From positions 1,466-65,465 of the forward strand of contig JAGVXY010000011.1 in NCBI GenBank assembly GCA_018303545.1: a stretch of 64,000 nt of DNA, in the 5' to 3' direction. Under the pieces are notes generated by a model that was not told the DNA's origin, made no database searches, and saw only the letters and a list, made by a program, of their open reading frames with translations. A program made the translations under genes and the position numbers. Origin of the DNA: Candidatus Woesearchaeota archaeon (GTDB lineage Archaea > Nanobdellota > Nanobdellia > SCGC-AAA011-G17 > JAGVXY01). Position 1 is the stretch's first letter. Every line of letters starts with the position of its first letter. Shown here in pieces: positions 28,929 to 39,725 of this stretch.

Positions 28929-28964
28929 AAACATATTTAAACCTCGCATAATAACGTATTTTTC

Positions 28965-30749
28965 ATGAAATATGTAATAGACACATCCATTGCCATTGAA
29001 GGCATGATATCTAGCCTAATAAAAGAGAATTCTGAGGTGCTAATTCCAAACGCAGTCATTGCAGAATTAGAACATCAAGCTAATCAAAATAAAGAAATCG
29101 GATTTATTGGTTTAGAAGAAATAAAGAAGCTTCAGAAATTAGCAAAAGAAGAAAAAATTCAATTAAGATTCATCGGTCCAAGGCCTACCGCCATGCAGAT
29201 AAAATATGCAAAAAGAGGCGGAGAAATAGATTCTATGATTCGTGAAATGGCTTATGCAGAAGATTCTACATTATTAACCGCAGACAAAGTTCAGGCATTG
29301 TCAGCAGAAGCATATGGTATTAAAGTTGAATTAATCAAGCCAAAGAAAGAATTAAGCAAACTATCTATAGAAAAATATTTTGATAAAAGCACAATGTCTG
29401 TTCATATTATAGCGGGTTGCAGAGTATTAGCCAAAAGAGGGTCACCTGGCGATTGGAAATTAGAAAAAGTATCAGAAAAGCATTTAGAAGATAAAGAAGT
29501 AGAAAATATGGCCAGAGAAATAATAGAAAAGACAAATCTAGATCCAAACTCCTTTATAGAAATCTCAAGAAAGGGTTCAACAGTCGTACAGTATCATAAT
29601 TATAGGATAGTAATTGTTAAGCCTCCAATATCTGATGCGTGGGAAATCACCGCGGTAAAACCCGTTAAAGTTTTAAATCTAGAAGATTATAATTTATCAG
29701 AAGATATTTTAAATAAATTGAAGTCAAAAGCTAGAGGCGTTTTAATTGCAGGCGAAGTTGGTTCAGGAAAATCAACCTTTGCTCAGGCCTTGACAGAATA
29801 TTACAGCGCAAATAATAATGTTGTAAAAACCGTTGAGTCTCCAAGGGATCTGCAGCTTTCAAAAGAAATTACTCAATATTCTAAGAACTTCACAAGCAGT
29901 GAAGAAATCCATGATATCTTATTTTTATCAAGACCAGACTATATTATTTTCGATGAAATTAGGGACACACCAGATTTCAAGCTTTATACAGACTTAAGAT
30001 TGGGGGGCAGCAATTGTTTAGGTGTAATTCACGCAGCAGCCCCGATAGATTCTGTGCAGAGATTTCTCAGCAGAATGGAATTAGGCACAATTCCTTCAGT
30101 TTTAGATACGATAATATACATAGGCAAAGGTAATATAGAACAAATTTTAACATTAAGAATGAGTGTTAAAGTTCCAGTAGGAATGACCGAAGCAGATTTA
30201 GCAAGACCAGTAATAGAAATTGTAAATTACCGCACAAATGAAGTGGAATATGAGATTTATTCATATGGTGAACAGACCGTTATAATTCCAGTAACAGGGA
30301 AAAAAGTTTCAAAAGCCGCACACAAATTGGCTGAAGCACAGATTGAAGCTGAATTCATGAAATATGCTCCAAATGTGAGGGCAGAGATGGTAAATGATAG
30401 CAGGGTTATAGTTTATGTTCCAGAAAGCTCAAAAGGAAAAATTATTGGCAAAGAGGGCCAGCATATAACGGCAATAGAAAAAAAACTCGGAATTTCAATA
30501 GACTTAAAAAGTCTCCAAGAGGAATATTCTGACAGAGAAGATTTGGATTTTGATATTTCAGAATCAGGAAAGAACATTATTTTAAATACAAATTTTAAAC
30601 GCAAAATTGTAGATGTTCTGGTAGATGGAAAATATATTTTCACTGCAAATTCATCAAAGAAGGGCGTTCTAAAAGTATCAAAAAAGAGTACAATTGGTCA
30701 TATTATCCTTGATGCATTGGACAATAATAAGAAAATAGAATTCAAATAA
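28965..30749 (+). CDS. PIN-domain / PhoH-PilT-like P-loop ATPase with C-terminal KH domain (COG1855-type archaeal protein)
   Basis: N-terminal PIN acidic residues (VIDTS...). GEVGSGKSTFAQAL Walker A. C-terminal KH GXXG motif IIGKEGQHITAIEKKLG. Confidence 0.65.
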   Translation: MKYVIDTSIAIEGMISSLIKENSEVLIPNAVIAELEHQANQNKEIGFIGLEEIKKLQKLAKEEKIQLRFIGPRPTAMQIKYAKRGGEIDSMIREMAYAEDSTLLTADKVQALSAEAYGIKVELIKPKKELSKLSIEKYFDKSTMSVHIIAGCRVLAKRGSPGDWKLEKVSEKHLEDKEVENMAREIIEKTNLDPNSFIEISRKGSTVVQYHNYRIVIVKPPISDAWEITAVKPVKVLNLEDYNLSEDILNKLKSKARGVLIAGEVGSGKSTFAQALTEYYSANNNVVKTVESPRDLQLSKEITQYSKNFTSSEEIHDILFLSRPDYIIFDEIRDTPDFKLYTDLRLGGSNCLGVIHAAAPIDSVQRFLSRMELGTIPSVLDTIIYIGKGNIEQILTLRMSVKVPVGMTEADLARPVIEIVNYRTNEVEYEIYSYGEQTVIIPVTGKKVSKAAHKLAEAQIEAEFMKYAPNVRAEMVNDSRVIVYVPESSKGKIIGKEGQHITAIEKKLGISIDLKSLQEEYSDREDLDFDISESGKNIILNTNFKRKIVDVLVDGKYIFTANSSKKGVLKVSKKSTIGHIILDALDNNKKIEFK

Positions 30750-30750
30750 A

Positions 30751-31347
30751 ATGGAAAATATCCAAAGATTAGGCCACGATTCTTTCATTATAAAATCAAA
30801 AGATAAAATAATTTATATTGATCCCTTCAAGCTCCAGGATGGAAAGCAGGCAGATTTGATTCTAATAACTCACACGCATTACGACCATTATGATAATGCC
30901 TCAATAAGCAAAATTCTGAAAGACTCTACAACTATCATAGGTCCAGAAGATATAGATTATTCCGATGCAATAAAAATGCATCCTGGCGAATCTAAAGAAA
31001 TCCAGGGCATAAAGATTGAAGCCGTAAGAGCATATAACATAGAAAAGAAAAACCATCCTAAAGAAAAAAACTGGTTGGGATATATTATCACAATAAATAA
31101 TCAGAGAATTTATCATGCAGGAGACACAGATTTAATCCCTGAAATGAAAAGAATAAACTGTAACATTGCTTTGCTCCCTGTTTCAGGCGGCCCAGTAATG
31201 ACTGCAGAAGAAGCATTCGAAGCTGTTAAAATCCTAAAACCTAAGATTGCAATTCCAATGCATTACGGTAGCATAATAGGTTCAGATTCAGATGCAGAAA
31301 AATTCAAAGAATTATGTAAAAATATAACTGAAGTAAAAATCATTTAA
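30751..31347 (+). CDS. Metallo-beta-lactamase-fold hydrolase
   Basis: LITHTHYDHY (HxHxDH) motif, later HAGD and MHYGS. Confidence 0.65.
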   Translation: MENIQRLGHDSFIIKSKDKIIYIDPFKLQDGKQADLILITHTHYDHYDNASISKILKDSTTIIGPEDIDYSDAIKMHPGESKEIQGIKIEAVRAYNIEKKNHPKEKNWLGYIITINNQRIYHAGDTDLIPEMKRINCNIALLPVSGGPVMTAEEAFEAVKILKPKIAIPMHYGSIIGSDSDAEKFKELCKNITEVKII

Positions 31348-34300
31348 TATATTCTTTTATGATATTATCTGGCCAGCCCTTCTTTTTCATTGCTGCAATT
31401 ATATGACTTTTTTTATGGCCCCTAATATAAGCGCTCTTGACAAAATCTTCAATCTTTGGATCTTTCTTAAATGTATTAGTTTGATTGGTTACAATCTTCG
31501 CAGCTACAATTCCTTTTGTTTTCGAACCTTTTCTTAATACAAGCAATGCAATCAAACTAGCCCCAATTATTATTCCTACACCTATTGCAACCCATACCCA
31601 CCATGCAATTTTTTTCTCAATAGGTGTTTCAATGGGAGGTAAGACCTCAGTTGTATATATTGGTCCTTGTTCAGGCATAATTAAAATTTCAGTGTTATTC
31701 ACAATTTTCTTTCTTCCCCAAACAATATATTGAGAAGACGAAGCTATAGGCACACTTCCACCGCCGGTTGCGGTGCAAGCTCCACAATCAATGGAGCAAT
31801 TGGAACATGTTTCAGAAGCTTCACAAACCCCATTCCCGCATACAAATGGCGCAATGCATACGCCATTACTGCATATGCCATTTATGCATCCGCAGTCTGA
31901 AACACAGGTATGACAATTCTCGCTTTTATTTGCCTCGCACCCATTAGTTCCGCAACTTGACAATTCTACACATATACCATTTGTACAAGTATTATTAATT
32001 GGGCAATCGTTAAAAGTTTTGCATCCGCAGTCCGCAGCGCAATTACAGTTATTTTCTCCCAAACCGCATATGCCATCAGGGCATTTGGCGCACATAAATG
32101 TATCTGCAACTTCAATACATCCATTGCTTTCATTTATCATAACATTTATTGAATTTAAATTAGAACAGCATTGTTCAGAAATCATATTTGGTTCAAATAA
32201 AATTTCACCAATTTGTCCCTCCGCAACGCATGAGACAGGAAGATTGCACTCTCCATTAGAGCATATATCTGAGCCATTGCATCCGCAGTCAACAGCGCAA
32301 GTATGACAGTTTTCTCCCAGATTTATATCGCACCCATTAGTTCCGCAACTTGACAATTCTACACATATACCATTTTCGCAAGTATTACCTGCAGCGCAAT
32401 CATTAAATGTTGTGCATTCACAGTCTGCAGCGCAATTACATACATTCTCTCCTAAACCGCAAATCCCATCAGAACATTTTACGCATATATTCTCAGTCTC
32501 TGCAAGGCATATAAACAAATTCAACCCTGCGAAAGGATTAAGATATTCAGGTATTGTCTGTTGTACGCTATTCAATCCATCACAGCAAATAGAAGTTCCC
32601 GTAATTAATTGACCTTCATTAATGCATTGCTGTTGTTGAGCGCAAGAGCTTTCGCATTCAGCTAATGTATCGAATGGCACAATGCCATTGCATCCACCCC
32701 ATATAAATTCTTTACAGGTATGATCAATCTGATCAAAATAATATTTTATTTGAGTAGCTTTGCAAGGTCCGGAATTATAACCTAATAAGCAAGGATCCTC
32801 AACTTCTTGGCAAGTATTAATTATACAATATTCTCCAATTGGGCAATCCTCATTTCTAATACACACTTCATCTAATTCATCCACGCAAATATTTCCCGTC
32901 ACATTATAATAGATGCATTTAAAACCTGGATCACATCGGCAATCATTCTCACAATCGGCACAATTTTCACTTGCTGTGCATTTACCATCACCGCACTCCG
33001 GATACACGCAAACATTATCTAAACAATCTTGGCTTTTTGGACATTGAGTATCATCCTCGCAAGTTATGTGACATTCATCTTGATAACAAGTTAAACCTTC
33101 ACCGCAAGGACAGTCATTTAGGCATGTTCCACAGCTTTCACTTGCAGTGCATGCATTATCCCCACATTCAGGATATATGCAAATATTATTCAAACAATCT
33201 TGGCTTTTTGGGCACTGAGTGTCATCTGTACAAGATATAAAACAATCTCCATCTACGCATACTTGATTTTCAGTACATCGAATATCTATGCAGGGATTTG
33301 AAAGCACGCATTTTCCAAAATAACAAATGCTGTTTACACATTCACAGTCTTTCTCGCAGGTTTGACAATTTTCTCCTGCAAAAACATTGCATTGACCATC
33401 GCCACAAGATTCAATTGCTGGTGCGCATTTTCCATTTGAACATACCATTCCCTCAAGGCATAAGCAGTCTTTGCAATTGTCGCATCTTTCTCCAGAGAAA
33501 ATATTACATATGCCATCACCACAAGTAGAAATAACTGGTGCGCATTTTCCATTGTAACAAGCATATCCTGGGTTGCATCCGCAGTCTTCAACACAAGAAA
33601 TACAGTCTTCTCCTAAATTAACATCACAAATCTTATTTCCGCAGGCTTCTCCAACTGGGCCGCATTTCCTTCCGTAACAAACATATTCTGAAGAGCAGGC
33701 ACAATCAGCAGCGCATGACCCGCAATCTTCTCCATTTGGAACATCGCAAAAACTATCTCCGCATGCAGAAACAATTAGTGCACAATTTCCGTTATAACAT
33801 ACGTCCCCCGGAGCGCATCCACAGTCAGCGCGGCATGTTTCACAGTTCTCACCTAATAGAATATTACATTTACTATCCCCGCAATATTCCTTAATTGGAA
33901 CGCATGCTCCACCACTGCAAACAGTCCCATCAAGGCATCCACAGTCGGAAGGGCATATTTCACAATTTTCATTTGCGGCACAAACTTTATTTCCGCATTC
34001 TTCAACATAAGGCCAACACTTTCCCTTAAAACATCCATAACCAGCAGAGCATCCGCAGTCAGAAGGACAACTTAAACAATTTTCCCAAAGAGCGCATTCT
34101 CCATCTCCACAAGTTGTCGGAGGCAAATCACAATGAATTTCTGCAGGATTATCATATAATCCGTATATGCACACTAAAGGCAGTAAGCATCCGCAGTCAG
34201 AAGGACAACTTGCACAATTTTCTCCTAATTTAATTTCACAGCCGCCAACACCGCAAGAAAGAGGAATATTAATTTGTGTTTCAGATCCGGTAATCTCTTG

Positions 34301-34441
34301 TCCTTTAATCTCTTCTGCAAAAATCCCCTTAACCCAATTCCAAGAGTCAGAAAAAAATTCTCCAAAAGAAAAAGCTTCAACTACAGGTGTTAATGTGAAT
34401 AAAAGAATAATAATTGTAATAAGTAAATATCTCTTCTTCAT
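31340..34441 (-). CDS. Giant (1033 aa) Cys-rich tandem-repeat surface protein: signal peptide, more than 20 modules of about 38 aa (CGDGxC...GE(N/D)CxxCxxDCGCxxGxxCxxGxC), C-terminal TM helix and a short basic cytoplasmic tail
   Basis: Signal MKKRYLLITIIILLFTLTPVVEAFSF. TM WWVWVAIGVGIIIGASLIALLVL. Repeats also visible at the DNA level. Confidence 0.6.
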   Translation of the reverse strand: MKKRYLLITIIILLFTLTPVVEAFSFGEFFSDSWNWVKGIFAEEIKGQEITGSETQINIPLSCGVGGCEIKLGENCASCPSDCGCLLPLVCIYGLYDNPAEIHCDLPPTTCGDGECALWENCLSCPSDCGCSAGYGCFKGKCWPYVEECGNKVCAANENCEICPSDCGCLDGTVCSGGACVPIKEYCGDSKCNILLGENCETCRADCGCAPGDVCYNGNCALIVSACGDSFCDVPNGEDCGSCAADCACSSEYVCYGRKCGPVGEACGNKICDVNLGEDCISCVEDCGCNPGYACYNGKCAPVISTCGDGICNIFSGERCDNCKDCLCLEGMVCSNGKCAPAIESCGDGQCNVFAGENCQTCEKDCECVNSICYFGKCVLSNPCIDIRCTENQVCVDGDCFISCTDDTQCPKSQDCLNNICIYPECGDNACTASESCGTCLNDCPCGEGLTCYQDECHITCEDDTQCPKSQDCLDNVCVYPECGDGKCTASENCADCENDCRCDPGFKCIYYNVTGNICVDELDEVCIRNEDCPIGEYCIINTCQEVEDPCLLGYNSGPCKATQIKYYFDQIDHTCKEFIWGGCNGIVPFDTLAECESSCAQQQQCINEGQLITGTSICCDGLNSVQQTIPEYLNPFAGLNLFICLAETENICVKCSDGICGLGENVCNCAADCECTTFNDCAAGNTCENGICVELSSCGTNGCDINLGENCHTCAVDCGCNGSDICSNGECNLPVSCVAEGQIGEILFEPNMISEQCCSNLNSINVMINESNGCIEVADTFMCAKCPDGICGLGENNCNCAADCGCKTFNDCPINNTCTNGICVELSSCGTNGCEANKSENCHTCVSDCGCINGICSNGVCIAPFVCGNGVCEASETCSNCSIDCGACTATGGGSVPIASSSQYIVWGRKKIVNNTEILIMPEQGPIYTTEVLPPIETPIEKKIAWWVWVAIGVGIIIGASLIALLVLRKGSKTKGIVAAKIVTNQTNTFKKDPKIEDFVKSAYIRGHKKSHIIAAMKKKGWPDNIIKEYIK

Positions 34442-34467
34442 ATAACTAATTATAAAGAGGGCAGTAT

Positions 34468-36462
34468 TTAAATTTTTTCCTGAAAATAACCGATTATTTG
34501 CTGTTCTTTCCAGCCTTTTGCCAAAAGGGATTTTTTTATCTCTTCTTTGCTATATCCTTTAGTCAATGCTGTTTTTATAAAATTTTCAAGATTATTCTTT
34601 TTATATTTTTCATCTGAATATGTTCTTGGTTGTATGGTATTTTGCGACCCTTGTGAAATTAGTTTTTTATCTTCGATTTTTTGTTGTGCCCATAAGGGCT
34701 GTTGCTGATTCTTTTGAAGATTTGTATCATACGAATTCTTGTTTTTTATCTTCATAAATGCAAAGATTCCTATGCCTGACGCTATAATTAATATCAAAAT
34801 AATTGCCATCCATAAACCTATGTTGCTTTTTGGTTTTTCTTCTAGAGAAGAAACCTGTTGATTTGATTCATAAGGTGAAGCTTGATAATTTAAATCTCCC
34901 TGATTGTTTTGTTCAATTTGTTGCTGGATTTGACCCTGTGTTTGAGTTGAGCATTGTCCACAATCCTCATTACAGTTTAAGCAATCTTCTCCAGAAATAG
35001 CATCGCATACACCATCCCCGCAAAGAGTCAAGTTTATGCATTTTTTCTTGCTACACCTAGTTCCATTCGGGCAGTGGCTATCTGCAAGACATTCAGGAAT
35101 TTCACAGAAATTATCCTCTGTGCATATTCTCGAATAATCGCAGTTTAAATCAGAAGTGCAATTTTTTTTGCATATTTGAGAATTGCAGATGTATCCCTGG
35201 GAGCAATTTGCTTGACTAATGCATTTTTGTTCTGGTCGGCATAAATCTTTTCCATTTTCATTTGTGCAGTATTCTCCCTGAAAGCAGTCAAAATCATTAT
35301 CACATTCACATTTGCTCGTTGAAGAATCACAGCTATTTCCAGGCACGCATTGGCTGTTTTTTTCGCAAAGTACACATACTTTTTTTATTGAATGACAAAC
35401 TCTGTTTGAACTGCAGTCACTGTTATCAGCGCAATTTTCCAAGCATTCATTATATTCACAGGAATACCCTTGTGAGCAGTTTTCATCTGCAGTGCATGCG
35501 GGCACAACAGCGGTAACACACTGATTATTGATACAACTTTTTTCAGTTCCACAGGCCGTGTTATTCAGGCAATAAGAAGTATTCCACATGCAGTTTTTGT
35601 TTATGCATAAATATCCTTCGTTGCAAGCAGTTGAAGATAAGCACTGTACACAGCGCCCTATTGAACTATCACATATTTTATTTATGCCTGTAGCACAATC
35701 TGCATCAGATGTGCATATCTGTTGATCTAACAAAATACATTTTCCATTTTCACATTCTTTGTTAATCGCACAATCAGTATCGCTTGAACATTCGCAATCT
35801 TCATTGCAATTGCATTTATTTTCATAGTCTAAATCGCATACTCCGTCTCCGCATTCAAGACAGATATTCAAATCCGTAATTGGTATACATGTCCCATCTA
35901 AAGCGAGAGCATCACTTCTCTTAGTAATTAAGCCATCACAACAGGCAGGTCCACCTTTTCCTCGTGTTTGACCAAGAGCAGTACAAACATTTGTTGGTTC
36001 ACATTTGTAGTTAGAACCATCAAAAACACAAGTTTCATTTTGCTTGCATGCGCAGTCATCTCCACAGCTATTGCAAGTTTCATTTTTTGTGCACTTGCCG
36101 TCTCCGCACATATTTTGCACAATGCAATCTTCTGGACAGGTCACAATATCTTCTTTTGATGCATCACATATTCCGTCAATTTTGCAATAGACACACATCT
36201 GCCCGCTCAGGCAGTAATAATTTTCATCACCAAATTTCTTTGCGCATTCTTCATCAGTACACGTTTTTCCACTGACAACGGTTCCATTTACCGCCGAAAC
36301 AGTTTCATCTATAGTCGATGCAGAAACTTTCTCACCTTTTATTTCAAAACCAAAAAGATCCCTTATCCAATTCCATCCGTCAGAAAATGAAAAAGCTTCA
36401 GCAGCAGGAATAGAAATAGCAAAAAGAACTAATAAAACAAAAATTATATGCCTCTTTTTCAT
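34468..36462 (-). CDS. Cys-rich surface protein, paralog of 31340..34441 (signal peptide, CxxC-rich ectodomain, TM helix, conserved cytoplasmic tail)
   Basis: N-terminus AFSFSDGWNWIRDLFGFEIKG parallels AFSFGEFFSDSWNWVKGIFAEEIKG. Tail TALTKGYSKEEIKKSLLAKGWKEQQIIGYF parallels SAYIRGHKKSHIIAAMKKKGWPDNIIKEYI. Confidence 0.6.
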   Translation of the reverse strand: MKKRHIIFVLLVLFAISIPAAEAFSFSDGWNWIRDLFGFEIKGEKVSASTIDETVSAVNGTVVSGKTCTDEECAKKFGDENYYCLSGQMCVYCKIDGICDASKEDIVTCPEDCIVQNMCGDGKCTKNETCNSCGDDCACKQNETCVFDGSNYKCEPTNVCTALGQTRGKGGPACCDGLITKRSDALALDGTCIPITDLNICLECGDGVCDLDYENKCNCNEDCECSSDTDCAINKECENGKCILLDQQICTSDADCATGINKICDSSIGRCVQCLSSTACNEGYLCINKNCMWNTSYCLNNTACGTEKSCINNQCVTAVVPACTADENCSQGYSCEYNECLENCADNSDCSSNRVCHSIKKVCVLCEKNSQCVPGNSCDSSTSKCECDNDFDCFQGEYCTNENGKDLCRPEQKCISQANCSQGYICNSQICKKNCTSDLNCDYSRICTEDNFCEIPECLADSHCPNGTRCSKKKCINLTLCGDGVCDAISGEDCLNCNEDCGQCSTQTQGQIQQQIEQNNQGDLNYQASPYESNQQVSSLEEKPKSNIGLWMAIILILIIASGIGIFAFMKIKNKNSYDTNLQKNQQQPLWAQQKIEDKKLISQGSQNTIQPRTYSDEKYKKNNLENFIKTALTKGYSKEEIKKSLLAKGWKEQQIIGYFQEKI

Positions 36463-36499
36463 TAATTAAAGAAATAAGTAATTTAATATTTAAATTTTC

Positions 36500-37615
36500 T
36501 TATTTTAAGTGAAATTCAACCACATCATCATCAGCCAATTTGTGCCCCAAGCCAACAGAGGCAGAATCAAATTTGACGCTTTTGCCCCACACGCGAGCAA
36601 ACTTGAATTTTTTATAGAAATCTTTGTGGATTATCTGCGATAAAAATCTTATTGTTGCGCCCTTAGGTAGTGCTATTGGCGGATGATCCTTTTTCTTTCC
36701 TGGAGTTTTTGTAAATACTTTTATTATATCTAATTGTTCATAAATCTTTTTTTTCAATTCGTTTAGCCCTGTTCCATCTTTTGCAGAAACCAATATATCT
36801 CCCTTATTTGAAGATAAATCAGATTTATTTCCAACAATAAGGCATCTTAAATAGGCAGTACTTTGATTCAATGCATCTTCCAATTCTTCTAAAGTCATGG
36901 GCTCAGATATTTCAATTATTGCGTTAGATAGATGTTTTTCAAAAACTAATTTTTTTACATCTTCCATGTCTGCTTTTATCAGTTCTTCCCCGACATAAGA
37001 TACTCCTCCTTCAAATCCTTTCTTTATTTTTATTCTCGGCCTGTCTTTTCCTAATCTTATCTGTGCTTTGTCAAATTCATTAAAAATTATTTCTTTTTGC
37101 TTCTCAGGATTATGGGATGTATCCAAAACTACCAGTATCAAATCTGCATTTCTCATTATGCTGAACAACAATGGTCCCCGACCTTTGTATGCAAAATCTT
37201 CATATATCGCAGGCATTTCCACAAGTTGTATAAGCACGCCATCATGATTCATTATTCCAATTTCTGGATCTTTGGTCGTGAATTCATATTCTTGCACATC
37301 AGGTTTTGCATTCGTTAATTTTGATAATAATAATGATTTCCCTGAATTTGTCATACCCACAATCATCACTTGAGCAGCGCCCTCTTTCTTTATAGAAATC
37401 TGCGCACCTTTAGTCTTTTGCTGCTTTTCTTTCTCAAGCATCTCTTTTAATTTAGAAAGTTTGGATTTTATCTCTGCCCTTAGAACTTCAGCACCTTTAT
37501 GAGAAGGTGCAACTTTTAGCATTTCTTCTAAGGCTTTAATCTTCTCCGGAATAGTCTTAGCCTCCCCGTATTTCAGTTCAGCTTTCTGGTATTCAAGTCC
37601 TGCATTAATTGGCAT
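36500..37615 (-). CDS. DRG-family OBG-like GTPase with C-terminal TGS domain
   Basis: N-terminal ...KTIPEKIKALEEMLK... then MIVGMTNSGKSLLLSKLT (G1) and NKSD (G4). 371 aa. Confidence 0.65.
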   Translation of the reverse strand: MPINAGLEYQKAELKYGEAKTIPEKIKALEEMLKVAPSHKGAEVLRAEIKSKLSKLKEMLEKEKQQKTKGAQISIKKEGAAQVMIVGMTNSGKSLLLSKLTNAKPDVQEYEFTTKDPEIGIMNHDGVLIQLVEMPAIYEDFAYKGRGPLLFSIMRNADLILVVLDTSHNPEKQKEIIFNEFDKAQIRLGKDRPRIKIKKGFEGGVSYVGEELIKADMEDVKKLVFEKHLSNAIIEISEPMTLEELEDALNQSTAYLRCLIVGNKSDLSSNKGDILVSAKDGTGLNELKKKIYEQLDIIKVFTKTPGKKKDHPPIALPKGATIRFLSQIIHKDFYKKFKFARVWGKSVKFDSASVGLGHKLADDDVVEFHLK

Positions 37616-37668
37616 AGCAATTAGAAATTAAAAAAAGGTATATAAAGTTTATTAAAATAGAACCACAT

Positions 37669-38559
37669 TTACTCTTTTTTAGCCGTCTGTTGAAATATAA
37701 GCAAATCCTCTGTAGTCAGTTTTTTCTTGGATTTAATCTTTTCCTCAACTTCTTTAGACATCTCTTCAAGCACCTTTTCCTGCTGTTTTTTCTTTTCTTC
37801 TCTTGCCTGTATGCCTTTAGCCTTTACTTTTTTCTTGATTTGAGAATAATCTGCTAATTTTGATTTAAGCATTTCATTTACTTCACTGAATTCCTTTTTG
37901 AAGGTAATAAACTTCTCAAATGCATCTTCCTGTCTCTTTTTGACTTCATTTATTTGCTTTGATAATTTTATAAAATCAGAATATCCATTTTTGCTTGTTT
38001 TAACCAAATCAATAATTTTACCGTGGAATTCATCGGATTTCTTTTTTGCCTCATCAATCTGCCTTGAAACATCATTTATTTCATTCATAACCCCATTAAC
38101 TTTTGATGCTTCAGCATATTGTTTCTTAAGAATCTTTATCTTATCCATGATCTGCTTTTCTTTATTGAATCCAAAACCTTCAGTTTCTATTGAACTTTCC
38201 AAAGCTTCAATCTGGTTTTTAAGTCTTGAAGGATCACCTTGAATGTTATGTTTTGCAGTTATATCCCCTCTCTGTTTGTTCAATTCTTTTATCTTTTTTA
38301 TAAGTTCTTTTACTTGTCCATTATATTTGTCTCTTTCTTTTTTAAGTTCAGAAACCGAACCAACAGAACCATCTCTGTTAACTTTTATTTCTTTTATTTT
38401 TGCAATGAGAGAATTCAGCTCTTTCTTGAGCTCTTCTTTTTTACTGAACCATTCTTCTTTTACAGAATTAATCTTATCTAATTTAGCCTTTAGGCTATTG
38501 ATATCGTCTTTTGGTTCTTCAGTCCGAGTCTCAACGACCTCATTCTTCAATTCATCCAT
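37669..38559 (-). CDS. Lys/Glu-rich coiled-coil protein, function unknown
   Basis: 296 aa with heptad-like charged repeats. Confidence 0.4.
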   Translation of the reverse strand: MDELKNEVVETRTEEPKDDINSLKAKLDKINSVKEEWFSKKEELKKELNSLIAKIKEIKVNRDGSVGSVSELKKERDKYNGQVKELIKKIKELNKQRGDITAKHNIQGDPSRLKNQIEALESSIETEGFGFNKEKQIMDKIKILKKQYAEASKVNGVMNEINDVSRQIDEAKKKSDEFHGKIIDLVKTSKNGYSDFIKLSKQINEVKKRQEDAFEKFITFKKEFSEVNEMLKSKLADYSQIKKKVKAKGIQAREEKKKQQEKVLEEMSKEVEEKIKSKKKLTTEDLLIFQQTAKKE

Positions 38560-38607
38560 ATTAACATCAGTTTTTGCGTCTTTTTCATAAGGTAAAAAAA
38601 TAAATTT

Positions 38608-38904
38608 TTAGCCAAATAGCGCGCCTAGACCTGCAGCAGCTTCTTCTTCACTTTTCTTTTCTTCTTTCTTTTCTTCTTTCTTTTCAGCTGCCTGTGCTGT
38701 GCCAGTTGGTGCTATTGCCACTTGTGCCACGGATGCTGCCTTTATCGCTTCCTCTATATTGACGCCTTCCAAAGCAGATACTAAAGCCTTAATCTTTGTA
38801 TCATCTGCTTCTGCGCCTGCAGCCTGAAGCACTTTTTTGACATTAGCTTCATTTATTTCCTTACCAACTGAATTTAACAGCATTCCTGCATATATCATTT
38901 CCAT
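38608..38904 (-). CDS. rpl12: 50S ribosomal stalk protein P1 (L12e)
   Basis: 98 aa. Ala-rich hinge, [12 protein letters not shown] then the conserved C-terminal GLGALFG. Confidence 0.8.
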   Translation of the reverse strand: MEMIYAGMLLNSVGKEINEANVKKVLQAAGAEADDTKIKALVSALEGVNIEEAIKAASVAQVAIAPTGTAQAAEKKEEKKEEKKSEEEAAAGLGALFG

Positions 38905-38906
38905 TT

Positions 38907-39725
38907 TCAGTTTCCTCCCTGTTCTGATTTTTCGGTAAGTATGTTTATTGAAACAGCCAATGCTTTCGCATTTCTGTAAGCTTTTTGTACCATCAATTCA
39001 GCAATTCCATTTGCCATATACTCTGCTTCCATTGCTAAACCTATCGCCTGTTGAGATGCCAGCTGTATATTTCTTATATACTCCTTCTGATCAACTTTTA
39101 GTACATCCTTTGTATAAACTAAACCATCTTCATATATGAACATCAAATTTAAACCTATTTCCATAGGTTCAATCTTAAGCTTAGCCAAAAGATTTGCAAC
39201 ATTTAGTGTTATTATTTCACCTTCTTTTACCAAAATCTTGTCTTGCTTTATTGCAACTTTTCCATTTTCCACACCGGTTTTAAAACCTAATTGGCCTAAT
39301 TCACCAATAATTGGACCTGGTGGAAATGGTGTTGGACCGGCTGGAATCAAAATATCATTTGGAGATACTTGTCCAGCTTTAGCCAAAGCCGAAGACTTAT
39401 TTGCTTCAAGTCTTTTAAAAACCTTGAATGGATTCTCACTTGTTAATATCAAAGCAGGCATTCCCTTTATTTTAGCTTTCAAGGAATCAACATCTCTGAC
39501 ATTTTCACTGACATTATCTAATGCTAATTTAATAAGCCTTTTTTTAGTTGTATAAATCTGTACTGTCCCTTTAAGTTGCTGTCTTATCTTCTGAAATTGT
39601 CTCGTAGGCATATTCTCTAGATTAACAACACCGAATATTGGCTTCTCTTTAAGCAACTTAGTAATCTTTGAAACTTCATCTTTCTTTTTTTTAGAAACGT
39701 AAACGGTCTTAGTCATTCTTAGCAC
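38907..39725 (-). CDS. rpl10: 50S ribosomal protein uL10 (acidic ribosomal protein P0)
   Basis: Position between L1 and L12. 272 aa. uL10-like N-terminal domain. Confidence 0.75.
   Translation of the reverse strand: MLRMTKTVYVSKKKKDEVSKITKLLKEKPIFGVVNLENMPTRQFQKIRQQLKGTVQIYTTKKRLIKLALDNVSENVRDVDSLKAKIKGMPALILTSENPFKVFKRLEANKSSALAKAGQVSPNDILIPAGPTPFPPGPIIGELGQLGFKTGVENGKVAIKQDKILVKEGEIITLNVANLLAKLKIEPMEIGLNLMFIYEDGLVYTKDVLKVDQKEYIRNIQLASQQAIGLAMEAEYMANGIAELMVQKAYRNAKALAVSINILTEKSEQGGN

Noticed and set aside
31485-36275. Many His/Cys-rich short ORFs on the plus strand opposite the two giant Cys-rich genes.
   Set aside because: Antisense reading of Cys-codon-rich repeats (GCA/ACA read as TGC/TGT). 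No independent support.
37898-38590. ORFs 37898..38242, 38239..38481 and 38243..38590 (Phe/Leu/Ser-rich).
   Set aside because: Antisense to the Lys/Glu-rich coiled-coil gene (AAG/GAA codons read as CTT/TTC). Artefactual.
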